A stretch of DNA of 64,000 nucleotides, taken from Nemertoderma westbladi (Eukaryota > Animalia > Xenacoelomorpha). This document shows, piece after piece, positions 57,749 to 64,000 of this stretch (the first letter of the stretch is position 1; each line of letters begins with the position of its first letter). The notes beneath the pieces were generated by a model. That model searched no databases. It was not told the DNA's origin and was given only the letters and a program-made list of their open reading frames with translations. A program made the translations under genes and the position numbers. Location: positions 42 through 64,041 of the forward strand of contig JAUCBJ010003949.1 in NCBI GenBank assembly GCA_032718475.1, read 5' to 3'.

Positions 57749-60433
57749 GGGTCAACCCCCGGTGACGCGCTTTCTCATTTTTTCCATTTCTGAACAAACA
57801 CATAATATCACACATGTAATATAAACCACGGAGATTATATACCAAGCCCTAAACTTGTTAGAATTCTAGATAGCCTTCTATCATGTCCCTGCAACCACCT
57901 ATGAAAGCCCTGGCTCGTTTGTTTCCCTTTTAGTGTGTCTCACCCCATCTGTTAGTTTACACTAGAGTTTGTATGTTCCATTAATTTTTGTATTAGTAAA
58001 TATTTTCTTCTCCAAATAATTTTCCTTCTACTATGGCCGTTTTCCAAAAGTCTTTGTGTGTGTCGGAAACCATAATATTGTCGGAAGCCAATATCAGAAT
58101 AGGCCTATATAATAACTAGCCATAGTATAATTATAATTGTTCGCAAGATGGCTTGCAGCTTTTGCTGCCCGAAAGCCCCACTCGTGTTCTGTTACCTGTT
58201 ATTGATCTATTGTTTCTGTTCCTTTGTTTGTAAATTTGTATCATGTCTACGTATAAATAATAATCTGCCTATGTATAATCTATGTTGTCTGCTCCGCTCC
58301 CATTCGTATTTGCGTGGGGTCTTCGTGCAGCATCTGTGTAAACTGTCTTGCAGTTATAATAAATTTATCAATCCAAAAATTATTGGGCTTGGCATCAGCT
58401 GGTTGCTAGGAGACTGTAGGATGTATCAAGTGGGTTTGAAATTCAGCAATACCAGTACAATGCAGCAATAATGTGGCCTTGGGAAGTGTGGTAGGCCTAT
58501 TTCACTTTCAGCCATTCCAGCATTTCCAGGTTGCAGAGTTCAGAGTACGACACCAGTAATACTTATCTTAATTAATCTTATTAAACATATGTTTTACAGT
58601 ACGGTACCGGTACTGTTAGTAGTACAGAGTTACCGGTAACGTCTTCAGGTCGTTGGCGCCACCTGCCAATCATGCTCGGCCACGGCAACCATGCAGCCAT
58701 GGAAGTTTTGAAATTATGCGGACTTAAAACAGACTGACATATTGTCAGGTTGTACCAGCTGACCTTTATTCCATGTTCCGGTATCCACTCCTGCACTAGG
58801 TACCCCAACCGCCCAATACTGCAATACCAAGCAACGTTTTGGAAATGTACCGGTACTCAAACAACTCGCCATCAAGGCCACCGCCTATGTCTGTCGCAGT
58901 GTCTTTGGCGACCTCGACTTTTGGTATCGCTACTGCGCTAGCGCTACGGGCTAACTGGACTAACCGATGAGCGAGACCCGAGGACTGAAGAATGCATTGA
59001 TTTTTTTGAGTAGTTTGACTGTACTTCTATGACATCTATGCCAAGCTGCCAATGCGAAATTTTGTTTAAAGTAAAAGTTTGGTTAAATTTTCTTAATTAT
59101 TTATTTAAATTTCTTAAGTACCGATTTTGGGATAGAATTGCTCAATTTTAATCTGTATCTAATAACTGACCCTCGTCCTGCGCGATGGCTCCACGAACGT
59201 CCATCCATTTCCAATGTCATTGTACTTCATGGCAGTGTTTTGATGGCAAATCTGATGTTCTTCGTTACAGATGATATTCCATTGCCAAAGCGACCATGTC
59301 ACCCTGTTTGTAATGAGCTTTCAGTGTGCGGTGCGTGCGTTCATTGTGGCAATCTTTTAGTGTCTTTTTACATTTCAACAGGTTGGTTCTTCTTTCTTCT
59401 CTATAATTAATCTCCTAATTAATCTATTTCCAGGTTGTTTACATACTGTTGCTAGTTTATTTTATATAAATTTATAGATTAAAATAGATTGAAATTAAAT
59501 ATGTAAAAAATAATGCCCTGGAATGTTTTCCCCTTTTCATTTGAACTGACTTTGTGACTGACTGTAAAGTTGGGTGATCGGAAGATAAAGTATTGTGAGC
59601 AAACTATAAAGTTGTGTGACCAAAATTTGACGTTGTTGAAACCTACGGATTCAATAATTATTTACATTCCAGAATATAATATATATATATTTGAAACATT
59701 GTATTTAAGGTGAAAACAAACTATTTACTACCGTGCACAAAAATTATTAACCAACAAAATTTTTCACCATTTCGTGAATAAATATTACAAATATAAATTT
59801 ATATTTTCAATAATAAATATTAATAATGACTATATCATTATAGATATATGTATATATATATATATATATATATGAGATTCATTATATTTTTGATACGGTA
59901 ATAACATTATTGTGATTGATTTGTAAAATAAGCTGCCGATATGTCCATATGAATGTAACTAACCGACATTATACATACAGTAATGAAAAGTTAGTGAAAT
60001 TATATATTTATGTTGATAAACTACTTTCCGCTCATTGTTGTTAATGTTACACCTTTACTGTCTTCCTGCTTTAACCACGAAATAGATCTGTAATAAATAA
60101 AAATATTTTCGTTACTAAATTAACATGGTGCGTATAAGATTGCGAGACACGCTTCTGCTACAACTACAGATAATTAATTACTGATTCTAAGTGATAAGAT
60201 ACATGCAGAGCCTATAAATAATATAATACACTCTAATAAACTCTATCATTACAATATAATATCGTATAAACAATAATTATATCCAGGATATACACTATAC
60301 ACTACTGTCTTGTTCACGTCGTTATTTTGGTACTCTAATTAAAAAACACATTACATAAATTTTGAAACATAAAATAGATTTACCAAGTGGTGAATCGTCT
60401 ACATAAGTAATGATAACTATTAATTAATTCAAC

Positions 60434-60595
60434 TCACTTGCAACATGGAAATATCTTCCTAAACACATATTTGTATCCTCTCATAAACTGCGGGTTCATT
60501 CCATAAATAAAAACATTTACAGCTGAATTCATATGATCCATTGAAGCAACCAACATGTATAACTCACTTGGGATAGGATCGTATTGTAATATTAT
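60434..60595 (-). CDS. Class A GPCR exon (ECL3, TM7, helix 8); not in the ORF track
   Basis: ttcag then IILQYDPIPSELYMLVASMDHMNSAVNVFIYGMNPQFMRGYKYVFRKIFPCCK; phase 0 matches the upstream exon; the exact 3' end (stop or further splicing) is uncertain. Confidence 0.75.
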   Translation of the reverse strand: MILQYDPIPSELYMLVASMDHMNSAVNVFIYGMNPQFMRGYKYVFRKIFPCCK

Positions 60596-61143
60596 CTGAA
60601 AAACCCGAAAAACATTTACACTATAAATTCAACATCATATTTTTGTAGTACTGCATGGAAAACAAGGTAAATAATAAGGGAATTTGGGAAAACAAATTGG
60701 TTCTGATGTAGTTAAACTGGAATTCTACTAGCTCATACAATGAAAACTTTTAATATTAATTTAATCAAAAAAATACGTGATACGTGTGAGTGCGCGAGAA
60801 AATTGTTGGGCTATAAACAATTGTATAAGGTGCCCTGAATCGAGTGGCGTTCTTGGTAAAAACATGAAGAAATGTTTTTACTTTAATATAGATTTTTCTC
60901 CAAAATATGAATTCCATGCACAAAAATTTCTTCACTACAAATATGTATTCTCTATCAAAATAATATCGCAACGAAAATCTTTAGAATCGTTAGAAAATCA
61001 AACTGAGTTCGAAATGCTGAAAATCGAGTTTATTGTTAATTTTCGCATATTGCTCGGGAAACAAGCTGAAATTATTTTCGCTAATTTTGATTAAGTGTTC
61101 TATAATATAAATACCGTTTTTTCCGATAATTACACCATGAATT

Positions 61144-62026
61144 ACTATATACTACGGCCTGTTATAGGTCACCTAAAGAGGTTGAAAAAAAGAGGCCAGT
61201 TTTTTTTTACAATATTATGATATTTTTATATGGGGAGAGTTCTGTAAATTTTCATTTGCTGCAATTTGGTTAATGGACGTATTTGAAGTCACCTCGTTAA
61301 GCTAGAAACTAAATTTTATGGTAGCTAGTGTTTTAGGTAGGTTTAGCTTGTAATTTCAACACTGCTTCCGACATCCTACTTCCTTCTATAAATATTTTGT
61401 AGTAGCTAGTTCTTATTATTATTTGTACAGAAAATCTCCAAGAACAAGTTAGCTTTTCATTTAAAAAAAATTATGTTCTAGAACAAATGTTTTTTGTTCT
61501 AGAACATTTTTTTAGAAAAAAATCTGGATTCTATTTATAACGCATGGAATCGTTCTAAAACGTGTTTAAAATCAATAAAAAAAAATTGTGAAAAAAAAAT
61601 TGTGAAAAATATTTTTAATTGGTTTTAAATAGAATCCAGATTTTTTTCTAAAAAATGGTCTAGAACAAAAATTATTTGTTCTAGAACTTATTTTTTAAAT
61701 AATGAATAGCTAACAGGCTCTAGAACATTTTCTATACAAATAGTAATAAGAAATAGCTACTACAAAATATTTATAGAAGGAAGTAGGATGTCGGAACCAG
61801 TGTCGAAATTACTAGCTAAACCTACCTAAAACACTAGCTATCATACAATTTAGTATCTAGCTTAACGAGGAGACTTCAATTACGACCGTTGACCAAATTG
61901 CAGCAAATGAAAATTTTTAGAACTCTCCCTATATCAAAATATTGTATTATCTAGCTATATTGTAAAAATAAACTGGCCTCTAATTTTCAGCCTCTTTAGG
62001 TGACCTAGCAGGTCGTAGTATATAGT
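61144..62026. mobile_element. 883-bp foldback MITE in the GPCR intron
   Basis: Arms ACTATATACTACG..TAGGTCACCTAAAGAGG..GAGGCCAGTTT / AAACTGGCCTC..CCTCTTTAGGTGACCTA..CGTAGTATATAGT; complementarity extends ~380 bp inward. Confidence 0.85.
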
Positions 62027-62787
62027 GGGTCATGATTACACTACTTTCTTAGAAATTGCTATGATACGAGATTCTAGAAGATATGTGTAGCAGTATATTA
62101 TGGTACAGCAAATATACCAAACTTGCTATGGTTTCTTTCACATGCAAAATTTGCAAAATTAAGAAAATCTGTATTGAAAAAAGATTAGCTGAAAATTGTA
62201 ACCATCAATCAATCAATCTGATTTAGACTAAGGAATTCTAAGTACTAACAAAAAATCTGACGATTTCGTTAAAATATTTATATTTTAGATGGGGGGTGTT
62301 ATGGGGGGGGGGGGGGGGGGTCACTATGCCCCCTATAATAAATTATAGATAATAATATAATTAAAATAAGATAATTAAACTATTGTTTTGGACCACAACC
62401 ATTTATAATTTTATTCCAGACCTATCTCAGAGGCAATTATTAATTGTTGTTGTTTATGTTAATTTACCAAACCCAATCTAACATTTTATCATGTGTTCTT
62501 AATTTTCTTCATACACAATTGTGTATTTAGTTTGTTGTTTAAATTTTGCTTTCACAAGTATTATTATTAATAGAAATTTCGCAAAATTGTACCTAAGTAG
62601 AGACATAGCCACCCGCCACACTAATTATGTCTAAATAATTTTTAGTCATAGGAATTTTACATTAAATTACAGTTACAGAACACCTATATCGTGGATTTTT
62701 AACATTTTTACTTTCCTGCCTGTATTGGCTATTCGTCATTGAAACCAATTTAGGTAGGCCAACTGTGTGAGTATAAGTACAACTTAC

Positions 62788-63012
62788 ATTTGAAAATATA
62801 GCAATGTATAATGGAGTTACCAGGAAACAGTAGACAACATATACTGTGAGGATGGTGTTTGCTAGTTTTTTCCCTTTTTTCATAGCTGATACAGCAGCAC
62901 TTCCTCCTGATTCAACAATTTTCTTTTGATGTTTTGAAAAGAAATTCATAATTCCATAGTAGAACATTGGTGTTAATAGGATTGGTAGAATTGTAATGAT
63001 GCAGTAATAAAT
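62788..63012 (-). CDS. Class A GPCR exon (TM5, ICL3, TM6)
   Basis: ctag then IYYCIITILPILLTPMFYYGIMNFF...KKGKKLANTILTVYVVYCFLVTPLYIAIFSN then gtaagt; 225 nt, phase 0 at both ends; TM5 LP...Y and TM6 CxxxxP-type motifs. Confidence 0.78.
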
Positions 63013-63090
63013 CTAGTAAAATACAAATTTATAAAATAAAAATATTAAATTAAATTTTAAATTTAAATTTAATAATCGTCCGGTTAGTGT

Positions 63091-63685
63091 TGTAAAAGCT
63101 CTTGCGACTTAAAATGCACATTTAACTGCCGCCAAGCTCTGTCCCCTACTCCACACGCCCCAACGTGTCTGGTTGCAGTATACACCTAAAGTAATCAACC
63201 AATAAAAGCTATTTGTCACCTAAATCTAAATTCGCAACCCCTTTATGAAAAGGTAAACAAAGCTGGATGGCAGCTTTTAATTGGTAGTTGACAGGTAAAG
63301 CCATGACGTCATTATTTCCAGGAAAATGTTAGCTGTAATTCATTTTGCTGTTTTGCTGATGCTTTGCCTAATAACATTGTGGCAGGGCTCTAAAATCCTA
63401 GTCAAATATTTTGGCTTAAAACTGAATATAATCTTGATTCACTGATTATTGCTGTGCTTGTATTGTTAAACTCTTTTGCGGCAAAAATGTGTCGTTTTTG
63501 TGCAATACGCGAACTACTCTAAAACTGGCATTATCTCTAGGGATTAGAGAACGTATAAAACTTATGCCCTCTAGCGTTTATTTTGGTACAGAGCTGTAGT
63601 GACGAAATCACCAGCCATTGGGCTATGGCATACTTTTAGTATTTTTATTCGACATTTTAATTCCCCTTGATATTCTTCTGAATTT
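63091..63685 (+). mobile_element. Probable LTR fragment related to 7883-9082
   Basis: Starts TGTAAAAGCTCTTGCG versus TGTAAAAGCTTTTGCG at 7883; GC content rises at this point; 3' boundary uncertain. Confidence 0.4.
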
Positions 63686-63687
63686 AG

Positions 63688-63945
63688 TCCCGAGATAAAT
63701 GATTATACTTGCGAGAAAATTATTAAACTCGCGAGAAAATTATTAAACTCGCGAGAAAATAATTAAACTCGCGAGAAAAATGATTAAACTCGCGAGACAA
63801 TTATAAATCTCGCGAGATAAATGATTAAACTCGCGAAAAAATAATTAATTTCGCGAGATTAATGATTAATCTCGCGAGATAAATTATTAAACTCGCAAGA
63901 AATTAATTAATCTCGCGAGATAAATGATTAAACTCGCGAGAAATA
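63688..63945. repeat. 20-21 bp tandem repeat with palindromic CTCGCGAG core, about 12 copies
   Basis: AAACTCGCGAGA(A/T)AA(A)T(T/G)ATT. Confidence 0.9.
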
Positions 63946-63952
63946 AAATAAT

Positions 63953-64000
63953 TGTACGCGCTTTTATAGACCTTCAGCAGTTTAACCTGCCGAAATTTAT
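63953..64000 (-). mobile_element. 3' end of an inverted LTR related to 7883-9082, running out of the window
   Basis: TGTACGCGCTTTTATAGACCTTCAGCAGTTTAACCTGCC resembles the reverse complement of 9045-9082 (TGTTCGCGCTTTTAAGACCTTTGGCAGTTTAACCCGCC). Confidence 0.65.

Larger units (their letters stand above)
57228..57813 (+). mobile_element. Non-coding hammerhead-containing retroelement (retrozyme or Penelope pLTR-like): ~1.6 tandem units of ~340-347 bp plus an inverted 5' segment
   Basis: TSD ATGTAATATAAA (57216-57227 and 57814-57825); empty site in the paralogous LINE at 53021-53032; units start at 57278 and 57618; 57228-57276 is the reverse complement of 57455-57503. Confidence 0.9.
56636..57957 (-). 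mobile_element. Deleted copy of the second RTE-like family (leader, endonuclease scrap, RT C-terminus), interrupted by the hammerhead element
   Basis: TRILRASLNIS...TNAELYG...KLRFSGHCWRSK at 56740-56912; the SDHRIV segment at ~57110-57227 and leader at 57826-57957 match 52870-53208. Confidence 0.8.

Noticed and set aside
60438-60595. Opsin
   Set aside because: The residue at the retinal-binding lysine position in TM7 is histidine.

Overview
AT-rich, repeat-dense eukaryotic DNA from an invertebrate animal. Host genes: the six 3' exons of a STAT5-like transcription factor (+, 27871-30730; no 5' exons found in the 27.8 kb upstream), an intronless 289-aa orphan ORF (-), a disabled type II membrane fibrinogen-related (FReD) gene (-), and two 3' exons of a class A GPCR (-). 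Most of the rest is mobile DNA: an internally deleted BEL/Pao LTR retrotransposon carrying an extra decayed ORF and inserted into a CR1/L2-type LINE, a 3-kb head-to-tail dimer, three young RTE LINE copies, a second RTE family, hAT-like and Ginger-like DNA elements, foldback palindromes, an 11-kb 33-bp G/C-skewed minisatellite and several smaller arrays. The best candidate for a new system is two unrelated non-coding tRNA-like (Pol III A/B box) elements at 48337-48570 and 57228-57813. Both show the insertion signature of Penelope-like retroelements: a 12-13 bp TSD and an inverted 5' segment carrying a 34-37 nt tail. The second has a minimal type I hammerhead ribozyme sitting between its A and B boxes. 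All calls were read by eye; no database searches were run.
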